64,000 nucleotides of DNA from contig NW_026262593.1 in assembly GCF_021869535.1 (NCBI RefSeq), positions 23,498,001 to 23,562,000 on the forward strand, written 5' to 3'. The position numbers and the translations under genes were made by a program. Under the pieces are notes generated by a model. It had not been told where the DNA came from. It searched no databases and was given only the letters and a program-made list of their open reading frames with translations. Origin of the DNA: Mytilus californianus. Its lineage: Eukaryota. Position 1 is the first letter of the stretch; each line of letters begins with the position of its first letter. Below, one piece after another: positions 10,201 through 22,830 of the stretch.

Positions 10201-12596
10201 ATTTCCATATTTTCATACCTGTGCCAAAGTACTAACAGTCTAATTCTAGACATATGTAAATATTATTTCTATGTATTGCAATAAAACGGATTATGAATCC
10301 TAGTTCAAATAATATTTTTGATCAGAATTCAAAATGAGTTGTTAACTTTATGTGTTTTCCAATATTCTGAATGACCCGGCCATTTAAATCTCATACAGGT
10401 CATCAATTAGGATATAATTTTAAATCATGACCAGTGATAACATTAAGTTTTAGTTCCACTCTCGTGAATACTTTCTTTGCAGTACGTGGTAGTGTGAATG
10501 ATTGTGTAACCCAAGGTCGTGAGAAGGTCAACGTTCTAAAATACTCTACAATTCAAAATGAATGGATGAATGTATCAACATATTCTACTTGGACCACCAT
10601 AAGGGTCAAATGTAGACGACAATACATAAAGATTTAAGTAAAACGCAATGATAGAATTATACGGTGAAGTTAATAATGACGTCTACTAACTAAAACAGTC
10701 TAACTAAAGCCCTAAACGACAGAAAAAAAAAACATCAAAACAAACGAAAATGATGTTACAGTAAGGATTCAGGAATGACTGAATACCAGCAATACAAGCT
10801 CACAACAAACAACATCAATAATTTAATTGACATTTAATGATGACTGCAAAAACAACTACAATATTTGTGTTAAAAAGGATGAAAAGGTTTGTTTTCTCTC
10901 TCAAATAACAGGTTAACATTTGCATAGGCAATCGTGTAACTTCCTTCCGATATTGTGTCTTTATATTGACATATGATTTTATAAATACCATTTTGAACCT
11001 GAAATAATGGTTTTTATCTTTAAAAGTATTCACCAAAGCACTGTTAAATGCTCAACCGATAAACTAAGGGAAATATGAAATCAGCATTCACACGGATTGA
11101 CTGAATGATTATGTGTTTGTCTAATGTCCAGTGGAAAATATTTCATACATTCAGGACAATCGAAAAAAAAATATTAAGATAGGCTCTGCAAAATCGGTCG
11201 CCGGAACAAAGATTTTTTTCTTTCTAACGGACATCATGTGGATCCCCTATAGTGTTGTTACAAGGTTTTACTTATCTAACATGAAAATAAATTGGCAACA
11301 CCTCTACAGAGCTAGGTATTTTATCTAACGTCTTGTAAGTGGCTGTGTATTTATACATCCCACACTCAGACGTAATGACTGGAATCAATGTCTATATCCT
11401 AGTGAACCATCTGTAGTGTATACATACATGACAAACTCGAAAAAATTTGTGTTTAAACTGAAAAATGTAGAATTTTGAGTTAAAGATATGGAATAAATTT
11501 CCCCCAAATTTTTTCCAATGAGGTCTAATTTCAGATGTCTTTTAATCCTTACTTAAATTCAAATTATCACAGATTCATGTGTTCTTTAAGATTTTATCTC
11601 ATTTCTTAAACAAACAAACAAACAATTAATGCCTGAAGATATCTCAAAACTGCACTATGTATAGATTTTGGCAAATTTAGAGTACATGGATTTATTTTAA
11701 AATGTATAAAAGGGATACTGTTAACCAAATCTAAAGTTCTTATAGCTTAAGATAAATAATATCTTTCAGATACAAATTAATTCATTCTAAATAAAGATGT
11801 TCTTCGGTGCATAATACGAAAATATGCGAGATTTGCAAAATTGATTTAACAGCATGTAGCAATTGTTTATAACTGTCGTAATCATATTTAGACTCTTTAA
11901 TATTCAAATTGCAGTAGCTTTCTGAATCATTCCATGAGTGTAACAAACACATTGTAAATCGGCCCTTGAAATTACAAGTAAACAATCTTCATTTTGGAAG
12001 GATGCTCGAAACTGATGTTTCATTACTGACACAACTGTATTTTAATAATATTGTCCTCCCAAAATCATAAATGCATTTGTACCTTGCCACACAGTTTGCA
12101 TTTAAAATCATTACATGACATTTTAATATAATTATGCTTTATAGCCACACCTGATACGATTGCACTAACACTTATACTTTTTAGTTTGTTATGGTCAATC
12201 TTGTTTACACATTTGTATCATTGTTGCCGTTTCTATGTTGTAACATTACCACAGGCATATCCTTTGTGTTTGGAATAAATATTATCAATGTTAAGTGGTT
12301 TTATTGTACAATGTATTTAATTTTCATGACTTTATGAATATGGTTTCTGATTGCTTTCATTGTCAGATGTTGTTAATATTTAATCGACTATTAAATTATA
12401 ATTTTGTTATTTAAAGCAAACATTTAATGAAGAAAGTAATTAAGTAATGTATGATGATAGGTATGTCATTTTTCAGGACATTCGTCATTTATAAATTGAA
12501 AAGGTGATAATTACCTTAGCATTTTGAAGGCCATTGCTTGCAAAGCTGGTCATATATTCGTGATTTTAATTTATTGTTAGCTTTTATCTAAAAAGA

Positions 12597-13811
12597 ATGC
12601 ACATATTTACAGCTGTCAGATTTAAGTTTCCATTCATTTTTATTTTATCGTGTATACTGTTTTACGTCGTTTATGGACAGACCTCTACAAATATCAAGCA
12701 GTTATATACCGATATTTTTACAAGTCACCAAAAGTCAGTTATTCCCAATTCTAATTTTTCGCAGCCTTTAGAAATAACGGTGAAGCTATTTTTGCTAACA
12801 ATAACACGATTTGATGAAGTGGACGAAACATTAGACACTGGAGTTGCAATTCAGACTACCTGGAATGATGACGGAATTTCATGGAAACCGTCTTCATATG
12901 GTAATGCGGAATCTATCGTCGTGCCTCACACAGATATTTGGACACCGAAATTGGTACTATTAAATTCCGTTGAAACATATGAACCATTAGGAGGAGATAA
13001 CGATCTCCTTGGAACAGTTCGTCACAACGGTTCTTCAACTATAATCGTAGGCGATGTTTTGTCTTCAAAATGTACACCAAATGTATACAAGTTTCCATTT
13101 GATTCTCAAACTTGTGAGCTGGTATTCGTTGTATGGGGATCAACAATAAACGACATACATTTGAAAGCGGATCTTGACCCCGTTGATATTAATTTCTTTA
13201 AACCAAACTCTGACTGGACATTGCAATCATATCAAGGTAATACATATCGTTTGCGTGTATACGATGTGTTTGAAATTTCACTTACCATCAAACGTGCACC
13301 TTTATATTACAACATAGTTGTAAGTTGTCCTACAATTTTGTTCGGATTATTAAATCCACTGGTTTTTCTTCTTCCGGTAGAATCTGGAGAACGGGTAGGA
13401 CTATCCATTACTGTGTTACTATCGTATGCAATATTTCTGACCATAGTCCAGATGGCTGTTCCAGCATCTTCCAATCCAATGAGTCTTTTATTAGTCTTTA
13501 TGGTAGTGACTATTGCTTTAAGCGGAATCATTGTTGCTGTAACTATTTATATATCATCACTTTATTATAGAGATCCACAGTTAAAAATGAACAATATTTT
13601 AAAATATATTGGATCAAGGCGGCACGGGAAAAAAAGATTGACTGCAGTTGATCCAGAGTGGGAGATTGAAAAGGAAAATGTGAAATACTCAACAGAGATG
13701 AACATAACGTGGAAGGATGTCTGCGATGGACTAGATACATACATGATGGTTATATCATATTGTAACATAATCTGTATCATCTGTTTATATTTCATTATTG
13801 TGTCGGTTTAA
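12597..13811 (+). CDS. Intronless nAChR-like Cys-loop ligand-gated ion channel subunit, non-alpha (404 aa)
   Basis: Signal peptide, Cys-loop CTPNVYKFPFDSQTC, 4 TM, PVESGERVGLSITVLLS M2 motif; no vicinal CC in loop C. Confidence 0.95.
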   Translation: MHIFTAVRFKFPFIFILSCILFYVVYGQTSTNIKQLYTDIFTSHQKSVIPNSNFSQPLEITVKLFLLTITRFDEVDETLDTGVAIQTTWNDDGISWKPSSYGNAESIVVPHTDIWTPKLVLLNSVETYEPLGGDNDLLGTVRHNGSSTIIVGDVLSSKCTPNVYKFPFDSQTCELVFVVWGSTINDIHLKADLDPVDINFFKPNSDWTLQSYQGNTYRLRVYDVFEISLTIKRAPLYYNIVVSCPTILFGLLNPLVFLLPVESGERVGLSITVLLSYAIFLTIVQMAVPASSNPMSLLLVFMVVTIALSGIIVAVTIYISSLYYRDPQLKMNNILKYIGSRRHGKKRLTAVDPEWEIEKENVKYSTEMNITWKDVCDGLDTYMMVISYCNIICIICLYFIIVSV

Positions 13812-14014
13812 TTATTTGTACAATTTTTTAATTAATGTTGAAACTCGGAATGATTAGTTGAATATTAAATGGTGGAACACATTTGTTTAGTTGGTTTTGC
13901 TCATTATTGAAGCCCGTAACCTGACATATACTAGTAATTATAAGTTGTTTACATAATAGATCATCAATTCAAGCAATGTGATATGATTCACTACCCTCCA
14001 TATTTGCCTACGAT

Positions 14015-14155
14015 AAACTTTATGTTCGCCATTGGTTTGATTCAAATGTTGTGTCCTACTTTAAACTTTATGTTCGCCATTGGTTTGATTCAAATGTTGT
14101 GTCCTACGATCAACTTTATGTTCGCCATTGGTTGATTCAAGTATTGTGTCCTACT
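14015..14155. repeat. Tandem repeat, about 50 bp x 3
   Basis: aactttatgttcgccattggtttgattcaaatgttgtgtcctac repeated three times. Confidence 0.9.
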
Positions 14156-14444
14156 CATTAACTTGCCTAAACCCTGAGTGAGATAATGCACCTCAAGCCT
14201 ACATCCATTATGGGTATATGTAATATTGTTGGTAATATCTTGTGTAGTGGTGGAGGAAAATAAAAGCTATATTGTATAGGTTTAAATGCCTTTGCTCTGC
14301 ACACTTTCTCTACGGGAAGGTTTGCCAAATAGAAGTTGGATACAAAGTGTGTTTCCTGATTCCTGTATTTGTGCAATTGCCTTAGTGGGATGATACCCTC
14401 AAAGTAGACAACAGAAAATCAAATTGCATGCTTGTCATTACATA

Positions 14445-14795
14445 TAAAAATAAGAAGATGTGGTGTAATTGCCAATGAGACAACTCTTTACTCTAGACCA
14501 AATGACATAGAAGTAAACAGCTATAGGTCACCGCACGGCCTTCAATAATGAGTGAAACCCATACCGCATAGTAAACTAAAAAATGCCTCGAAATGACAAA
14601 TGTAAAACAATTCAAACGAGAAAACCAACGGCCTGGTTTATGTACAAAACAATAAAAGAAAAACAAATATGATATACAGCAACAAACGACAACCACTGAA
14701 TAACAGGCTCCTGACTTGGGACAGGCCTCTTCAGATGGTGGCGGGGTAAACATGTTTATTGGCGCCAAACCCTCCCCCTAACCTGGGACAGTGGT
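14445..14795 (-). mobile_element. 5'-truncated PLE 3' end, subfamily R1b
   Basis: RC of 16810-17165; shared terminus ...cattggcaattacaccacatcttcttatttt. Confidence 0.8.
14704..14785 (-). ncRNA. Type-P5 twister-like motif (one A missing at the cleavage loop)
   Basis: RC CAGGU..GGG-GA-GGG-uuuGGCGCCaauAAACAUGUUU-A-CCC-CGC...CCUG-UCCCAAGU-CAGG-A-GCCUG. Confidence 0.65.
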
Positions 14796-15578
14796 AACCA
14801 AGTTTACACGATTTCACCACATTTCCCTGCGACTAATTCTTTGGCAACCAGTTTAAGATTAAAAATATTGTCAAAATATTTTAGTAGTCAACTAAACTCC
14901 TCTATGGAATAATGCACTTCATTCCTCGTTTCATATCAGGTTCAGGTTTTTTGTTAAAAAGTTTTTCATGAAATTGTTGTCATCAATTTGAAGCTTAGTA
15001 CACATGTCCATTATGAAGTAAATTCTTACAATTGTTATATCAAATTACGATTTTGACCTAGAATTCATAGTTCACTAAGTAGAAGTTAGCAGATAAATTA
15101 CTAGATTCTGAGGTTAAATTTGTTGGTTCAGGTAGTTTACCTCGAAGTACATATGCTCATTATTGTGTTAACTTTTAAAACTATATACTAGAAATTGGTC
15201 GCTAGCTTGCGTTTAGTGGTTTCTTGATTGATACTATAAAAAAAATTCAACACGTGTATTTAAACAAAGATAGGGCAAAACTTATGTGGATAAAGAATCT
15301 TTATTGTAAAGTTATACAAAATTCCTCTTTCTTCGTCTTCCAACTGGAAAATAAGAACATTTTGAAAGCCATATAAAATTGTTTCATTTTTTATTCTATA
15401 TAAGATATTGACAATGTTTTCAAAGAATTTTGCATCTTCGAGCACCACACACGATAAATAAATTATCAAAAAAAATTCAATCTACTAAAAGATGTGATTT
15501 TTAGGTTTTCCTTTCACTGTTTTGATGTTCTTTAACATGTTTTCTCAAATTTCCAACAATTGGTTCCGAGCATCATTG

Positions 15579-15638
15579 ACTTGGGACAGGCGTAAAATTC
15601 CAGCAGGGTTCAATATGTTTTGTGAGATCTCAACCCTC
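15579..15638 (-). ncRNA. Partial twister-like motif (R2 type)
   Basis: RC gagggttgagatctcacaaaacatattgaaccctgc...cctgtcccaagtc; P4 3' strand and P5 missing. Confidence 0.5.
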
Positions 15639-16134
15639 ATGCATTGTCATGTCTAGAACGACCAACACATGTTACTTCTGACGGCCAAAGCTATTTTTAA
15701 AATTTTTCTACTAAACACTTATAATCAACTAAAGATCCACTACATCTGTTTATGTTAACTTGTTTGCTGTCTTACCGACGTTTACTCCATTCCTTTTATT
15801 TTCAAAGAGTAATCTAGTCCGCAAAGATCTCTTTAAATATCATATCGTCAATTTAACTTCCGACCAGATACGTGGCTGTGTATTTATACATCCTGCACAG
15901 CCAAACGGACACCCCTATTTAGCAAAGATTTTTCTACGACTATATTTGTTATACAAAAGTCAAACCTTGAGGTTTTTAATATACACATTAATCTTTCATA
16001 TTAAATCATATATTTAATTGGACTAGGTATTCATAAATGCTATTCTGACTACAAAAGATCAAAAAGAAAACAACTCAACAAATCATTGAGATCAAAATAG
16101 GCACCTAACAAAAACAATGAAGATGAACGGACAT

Positions 16135-16214
16135 TCAGTATAAACATGACCAGACAAAAAATACCAAAGTACAAGATGATAATAGATATCTGATATCTGA
16201 GGAAAACGTACTGA
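16135..16214 (-). CDS. IgGFc-binding-like gene, exon 5 (last; GPI-signal-like hydrophobic tail)
   Basis: Acceptor cacaacag (alternative in-frame ttcctcag, exon start 16196); phase 1 matches exon 4; (I)STFSSDIRYLLSSCTLVFFVWSCLY*. Confidence 0.65.
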
Positions 16215-16549
16215 CTGTTGTGACAAAAGAAAGTAAATTTTGGATCTTTGGTTTAAATACGTGGATTCGGGGGATATATGAGACAAACATCATGTATAGT
16301 TTGAATCATCGGTTAAGCACCATGTATATTATGTGTATCTTTGGAAAAAGCACCCGGTGCCTTACTAGTTATGACAAAGGAGGGAAGTACGGCTTGTATC
16401 TTTTATTGAAAATGTCTTGTGACTAATGATGAACGCATACCTAATATCTGATAAATTGGTAACCGGCACCTGATGAACCAATATATTTTTCAATATTTAT
16501 TTATGAAAAATGTACCTCGCATTCAGTAAATATGTATAGAAAACAAACC

Positions 16550-17165
16550 TGGATGTTGGATGTGTATTGATTGATAATTTAGTCTTAGATGCATGATTTT
16601 TTATATTAGTTGTTATTGGCTTTGCACTAGCTGTCAGTAACTGCGAGTACTCTCAGATCTGTACTTAGTGTCTTTTTGTTGTAGGGATGTACAAGTACCC
16701 GGTCACGTCCACGTGTTTTTGTTATATGTATTTCTATTTGTATCCATCTGATGAGTTAAGCCTTTTTCAACTGGTTTTTATAGTTCGTTCTTATGTTGTA
16801 CTGTTACACCACTGTACCAGGTTAGCGGGAGGGTTGGAATCCCGCTAACATGTTTAACCCAGCCACATTCTGTATGTATGTGCCTGTCCCAAGTCAGGAG
16901 CCTGTAATTCAGTGGTTGTCGTTTGTTGCTGTGTTACATATTTGTTTTTCGTTCATTTTTTTGTACATTGATTAGGCTGTTAGTTTTCTCGTTTGAATTG
17001 AATTTACATTTGTGATTTCGGCGCCTTTTATAGCTGACTATGCGGTATGGGCTTTGCTCATTGTTGAAGGCCGCACGGTGACTAATAACTGTTAATTTCT
17101 GTGTCATTTGGTCTCTTGTGGAGAGTTGTCGCATTGGCAATCATACCACATCTTCTTTTTTATAT
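16550..17165 (+). mobile_element. PLE 3' UTR repeat, subfamily R1b (intron 4, antisense to host gene)
   Basis: Shares ctagctgtcagtaactgcgagtactctca with R1; contains twister; ends cataccacatcttctttttatatata. Confidence 0.8.
16818..16904 (+). ncRNA. Type-P5 twister-like motif (R1b; near intact)
   Basis: CAGGU..CGG-GA-GGG-[P1]-UAA-CCC-AGC-CACAU..AUGUG-CCUG-UCCCAAGU-CAGG-A-GCCUG. Confidence 0.75.
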
Positions 17166-17191
17166 ATACTGACATACTAAAGTATACATAC

Positions 17192-17251
17192 TTGCTACAT
17201 CAGGAGCACAGCACCTACAGTCTTCATCAACTCGGCCATCACCGTCGTTAT
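17192..17251 (-). CDS. IgGFc-binding-like gene, exon 4
   Basis: ttttgtag|ATAAC...GCAA|gtatgt; encodes DNDGDGRVDEDCRCCAPDVA; phase 1/1. Confidence 0.85.
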
Positions 17252-17844
17252 CTACAAAATTGCATGAGACTATCAGCGTCTATTGTTTAAAAATCTTAGA
17301 AATAAATAATGGATTTTAATAGTATTACGGTAACTCGATTCTTATCAAACAAAATCTAGCAACACCCTCACTGAGCGACTAACTAGATAATAGAAAAAAT
17401 GAATACACGTTTTTTTGTCTTACGGTTTGTGACCTCATAAATCAATACTTTTTACAATTTCGAAGCCAAGGATTATAAAGATGTTTAAAACTTCTCTTAT
17501 AAATGAATGACTCAATTTATATCGTTCCTGTTATTGTATAATGAATCATTTATTTGCTATGCAGAACAAAGGCATTTCTGTACTTTTGTTTATGTCTTTT
17601 GATAAAAACCTTTACATATGTTATATTAAAATTTTGTCCTATAGATACATGCAAAGGTGTTCCCGTGTGGATAGACAACTTTTGTTTTTAAATGTTGGCA
17701 CAGGTTTATGAAACCCTTTTTGCTATCAAATTATATTTAATGGTATATATTATGAGATCACGTCAAACATTGTTATTTATATTTACCATACATTATACTT
17801 AGTGTGTAACAAGCGGAAGTAAAATAGCCATAAATCTACTCCAA

Positions 17845-18025
17845 GACTGATAACCCACTTCAGCCCTATGTGACGTCACATGGCCGGGCTGATATTGGGT
17901 TATCTGCATGGGTGCGTTCGTACATCGGTAGTGTATGATAAAAGGTTAAAACATGTCCTTTTCCGGGTATCATCCTTCGACCAATATCACCTCTTGACTA
18001 ACGTCTCGAGATGATACCCGGGACG
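17845..18025. mobile_element. Hairpin-bearing non-autonomous element (architecture like 7050-7365)
   Basis: gataaccc..tcagccc-tgtgacgtcaca-gggctga..gggttatc and ccgggtatcatc...gatgatacccgg inverted repeats. Confidence 0.6.
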
Positions 18026-18500
18026 ATATGGAACATTAATCTGTTTGTAATTATGGACAAATCTTAAAAGCTTACCTACACCAGTTGTGAACAGTTTGCA
18101 AAGAAGTCCGCTCAAACCGGTTCTAGGGTCCGCCTTAAACTTGCCGTGAGGTGAGTGTTTTTTTTATTCCTTGTTGAATACCTCACTGTGACTTTGAGAT
18201 GAATAACAGCAATAAAAGCGTTCTTTTTTTAAATTTTTTTTGGTTGTGCATATACTGATTGTGTGTCATGGATGGATACAATATATCCTTAGTTTTCTAT
18301 CATAGAAAGAATTACGACTTACAATTGTCGGTTGTTGAATAGCAAATATTGATATATGAAGGCGACCTTTTAAATCAAACAAAAAGAACTTTCAATGGTA
18401 TATTCAAGCGCTGTATATGATTCTGAAAATTGATATTCAAATGGCTTTTCCTTTATATTATTGTTCCTCCCTAGCAATAAGAATTATACTTAATTCCAAC

Positions 18501-18588
18501 CTTTGCCATCACATTCCTCTTCGTCTACTTCACCGTCACAGTCGTTGTCAATTTCATCGCCATACTGCATCGCTTTAGCTTGACAACC
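18501..18588 (-). CDS. IgGFc-binding-like gene, exon 3
   Basis: attgtag|GGT...AAAG|gttgga; encodes GCQAKAMQYGDEIDNDCDGEVDEEECDGK; phase 0/1 fits neighbours. Confidence 0.9.
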
Positions 18589-19019
18589 CTACAATACGTT
18601 TCATAATAAGTTGATATTGTATATCATTAAGCTTCTTTGGAAAATACTAGTTTCACCAGTTAATAAACCTAGCTTTTGTATTAATTGTTAATATTTTGCA
18701 GTCCTGAATTTGCATGAAATTACTGTCACTTGACGTTAAGCACGCAACAATCAATTTGTTTGATTTGTTTGATACCTGTACTTCTCAGATTGGGTCATTA
18801 GTGATTTCATTGTTGGGAACTATCAGACTATCAATTTGTTTAATGTCTGAGGGGTTTACTTGTTACTCTTATGGATCGGTTGTAGCTTGCCTTTTCGAAA
18901 TAGTTAATCGTAAGATTTTCGACTTACAAACACTGAAATACAGCTTGGCATTTTTAATATAGCAGTATCGGTTCGGATTAAAAATTTGGCCGTACCGGTT
19001 TCCAGTTCATCGTCATTGC

Positions 19020-19880
19020 ATTTGCACTGGGTCGATACCACTGCCGATGAACTGTTAGACGCCAGGGGTATCATCACTTCAGTAGTCAGTGCCACGATTT
19101 ATAAAACGCTTTTCATAAATTCGCTATTGATGGATTAAGAAATTATCAAGAAACTAAGGTTACTACTCCACTTGTCCTACTCCCTCATGCAAAGTTGACC
19201 TAAGATGCATTTGTCTATTTTGAGGTGCCTTTTGGTCATATAGATGTTTGTCTATTTAGAGGTGCCTTTTGGTCATATAGCTGTTTGTCTATTTAGAGGT
19301 GCCTTTTGGTCATAAAGCTCTTTGTCTATTTGGAAGTGCCTTTTGGTCATATAGCTCTTTGTCTATTTAGAGGTGCCTTTTGGTCATATAGCTGTTTGTC
19401 TATTTAGAGGTGCCTTTTGGTCATATAGCTGTTTGTCTATTTGGAGGTGCCTTTTGGTCATAAAGCTCTTTGTCTATTTGGAAGTGCCTTTTGGTCATAT
19501 AGCTCTTTGTCTATTTAGAGGTGCCTTTTGGTCATATAGCTCTTTGTCTATTTAGAGGTGCCTTTTAGTCATATAACTCTTTGTCTATTTAGAGGGGCCT
19601 TTTGGTCATATAGCTCTTTGTCTATTTAGAGGTGCCTTTTGGTCATATAGCTTTTTGTCTATTTAGAGGTGCCTTTAGGTCATACAGCTCTTTGTCTATA
19701 TATTTAAAGGTGCCTTTTGGTCATATAGCTCTTTGTCTATTTAGAGGTACCTTTTGGTCATATAGCTGTTTGCTTGGTCAGTCATATATACATGCTTGCA
19801 TGGCTTTCAGGTGTTTTGGTTTGGGCGTTACTGATGAAGGTAAATCCTCAAAAGCGCTCGCACGAAATTAAAAATTTGTA
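19020..19880 (+). mobile_element. Retrozyme-like element containing an amplified 35-bp satellite
   Basis: 5' module ctgggtcgatacc... (as at 54085), internal array, 3' hammerhead-like ctgatgaaggtaaatcc at 19831. Confidence 0.55.
19205..19770. repeat. 35-bp minisatellite, about 16 copies
   Basis: Unit ttgtctatttagaggtgccttttggtcatatagct(c/g)t. Confidence 0.95.
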
Positions 19881-20386
19881 TTTTCAATTATTAAACCAAA
19901 GTAGAATATTTATATATATATTGCATGAGCACGTACTTTTGAAAAATTTCATGCGGGATACTTTACTTAAAGGCAAAACTAAAATTTTTACAATGAAGTT
20001 ATATCGAAAGGTTGGCAACTCTTTTATCAAGATAAAGTTAATCTTGTAATAGTCAGTGGTCACCTGCTATTGCAATACATAATAGAGACCCCCGTACGTG
20101 TCCGTTGTTTTCTCTTAAATGTGAGTTTTCATTCAAATTAACAATCGATAGTAAGAATATGTTTAATCTCTAATCGAAGACAACACACGAGCATTTTATG
20201 TTAAAAATCATTTTCCACTATTTTTTTTTTAACCATTATATAAATTGATGTCGCTCGTTAACTCATTAATTTTAAAATTTCGACTTTTGACGCTTGTGTG
20301 TTTATCTAATTTTTCTTAGTGAAATGAATTTTGAATAAATGTCATTTCTGACACTTATAATTTGATGATCGTTTGTTATCCTTATA

Positions 20387-20635
20387 GGGGCTTCGGTGGC
20401 CAGTGGTCTAAGTAGTTCATCAACTGTATCACTAGCCTGTCAACACCGAGGTTGTGAGTTCGAATCCCGCACGTGGTAGGTGCGTTCGACTCCAATATTC
20501 TTTGACAAGGATTTTAAATTTTCCTGTCGAATGTCGGCGGTTTTCTCCGTGGCTTCATCCACAAATAAAAAAAATGACCGCTACGAAATAGCTAAGAGTG
20601 CCAAAAGTGGCGTTAAACACCAGCAATTAATCAAT
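20387..20635 (+). mobile_element. tRNA-derived SINE
   Basis: Box A TGGCCAGTGGTC (20397), box B GTTCGAATCC (20458), central cggcggttttctccg domain, tail aaagtggcgttaaacacc..aatcaat. Tail-only copy at 56480-56515. Confidence 0.85.
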
Positions 20636-20929
20636 GTTATCCTTCTAGTGCCTTGTTTGTTGAATGTTTTAAAACTTTTTCTACATTATTACCTTAAAAG
20701 ATCAGTATGGTCTTGAACACAATTACAATTTATAAAAAGAACATACTAAACATTAGAGTTTTGAACTCATTTAATAAATTTATGATTTATATTTTTATTG
20801 CAGATTATGCTTATTTATGTTATTCACCCTTTGGAAAATTTAAAAAAAAATTGACTTAACACCAGATATCAGCAGCGGTTTTGCTATATGAATAAATTAG
20901 AATTTGATTATTAAAATTAGATGTAAATA

Positions 20930-21260
20930 GAGAATATTATACGATTTTTTCAATATCACATCCGGATCAATCTTAGACACCAATATAATCCCAAGAGCTC
21001 TGCTCGAGGGATTATATTGGTTGAGGGTTGATACGGTGTGTGATATTGAAAAAGCCATATCATATACACTTTATTATATATCTCAAGTAGATGTTTTTCG
21101 TGTACGTGACGTGCTTCATACAAATAAGGGGTTTGATAAAGCCTTTGCAACGGTGACTGATGTCGATGACGTGACGTCATAGAGATTAAGGGTACATCCG
21201 TGACTGATATCGATATCATCACGGATGGCTGATACAGCACGATTGCCATTGATCGTATTA
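20930..21260. mobile_element. Hairpin-bearing non-autonomous element
   Basis: ttcaatatcaca...ccaatataatccc-aagagctctgctcga-gggattatattgg...tgtgatattgaa hairpin, TGACGTCA, and catccgtga..tcacggatg hairpin. Confidence 0.6.
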
Positions 21261-22830
21261 CGCATACAATTTACATGTATTGACTACTAAGTATATAATA
21301 AAGCTATTTACAATTATGCAGCAACACGGGGCTATATTAAACAACGAAACCAACAATTAACAGCAAAAGGCAAAGATTCCTTAACAAAACCCTAACCCAA
21401 AAATGAAACAATGCAGCTCTATAATGTACCAAGTCATCCACCCACAATTCACACAAATAAGATTTCCAGGAAACAATGTGCTTTTTTAGTATGTTCAATA
21501 TTAAGCTGATTTTGGAAAATAGATTTCAATTTAGGTATATTTGTAGGACTCGGAAGTGCAATGGGGACGCTGAAGTGCGATGGTCACGCTGATGTGCGAA
21601 GTCTGCCGTTTTTGTCTTATAACATGGACGCACAGTGTTGTGTTTGGGATGGTGATCCGAGTTGGGACCATGATAGAGCGACTTTACAAGGATAGATATA
21701 GTGTCCCGACAAAGAATTTCCGCCAGTTGCAGTAAAAAATAAAATACGACGATCTTATTCTGTTCTCTCATTTACAGTAGTCGAATATACTTGTTGCTAC
21801 TTTGTGTTGTTGTGACCAAGCAAGTAGTACTTGAATTTCTAATATATTCCTCGTTTTTCAGTATTTAAAATTAGTACTGGTTTGAATGGACTATAACCTT
21901 TGCATTTGAATTTTAATAACGCTTGTATGAACGTTTTATTATTTTTGTCGAAGCCTATTTATAAAGTAAACAATAACGTTCCAGTTATGATACGAAATGT
22001 AATGGCTAATTATCATGATATTCACGGTCTTTTACTTGAAAACCTGAAATTCTGCTTCTACCAATTATATCGACTTTTACATCGACATGATAACATGCAA
22101 AATATTGAAAATATAGTTATGTAATTCATCGCACTTCAACGTTGCCACCAACTCACTTCGTCGTACCTATCAACAACAAAGCGTCACAATGCTAATCATC
22201 GCACTTCAGCGTGATCAAAAACACACATCAGCGTCCAACAATCGCACTTCAGTGTGACCATTGCGGTCCAGAGTCCAACATATTTATCACCGTATTATAA
22301 TTAGATGATCTAACATCGCCATAATTAATTTGTATTTTTGTCGTCATACTGAAAAAAATGGCGATCAACTGTATTTACACCAAGAAATGAAATTGGATAC
22401 TCCGCATTTATCATGCTTTTTAATAACATATGATCAAATCGCTGAAAGAACCCCATCCTAACTTACTATCATTCTGCATTGACAATAATATCTTGGTGTA
22501 AATTAGATACACATATTCGGGCTGACGTCCACAAGGTATATCTAATACTTACAGATGTTCTTATCTCTCTTTGGATAATTTCATTCTGTCAGTCATTCAC
22601 AAACAATTGTAATTCGTTTAATCTTATCGCGGGAACCCGTGTAAACTTTTAAGGACAATAACACTCACTGACTTATAATGAGATCAAAATATAAAAATAA
22701 GAATATTTGGTATGAGAGCATATCACATAGAAGTTAAAAACTATGCGGCACTATACGGCCTTCAATAATGAGCAAAACCCATACCGTAGCATTTAATGTT
22801 ATTTTTCTATAAGGTATAATATATACTTAC

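Noticed and set aside
13307-13795. Antisense or alternative-frame ORFs over the nAChR genes (also 46899-47666, 52091-52981) and 23318-23560
   Set aside because: Shadows of the real CDS with no independent homology.
19205-19770. CRISPR-like 35-bp periodicity
   Set aside because: Head-to-tail monomers with no unique spacers, no cas genes, eukaryotic context.
20387-20470. tRNA gene
   Set aside because: Has A and B boxes but no complete cloverleaf, and continues into a SINE body and tail.
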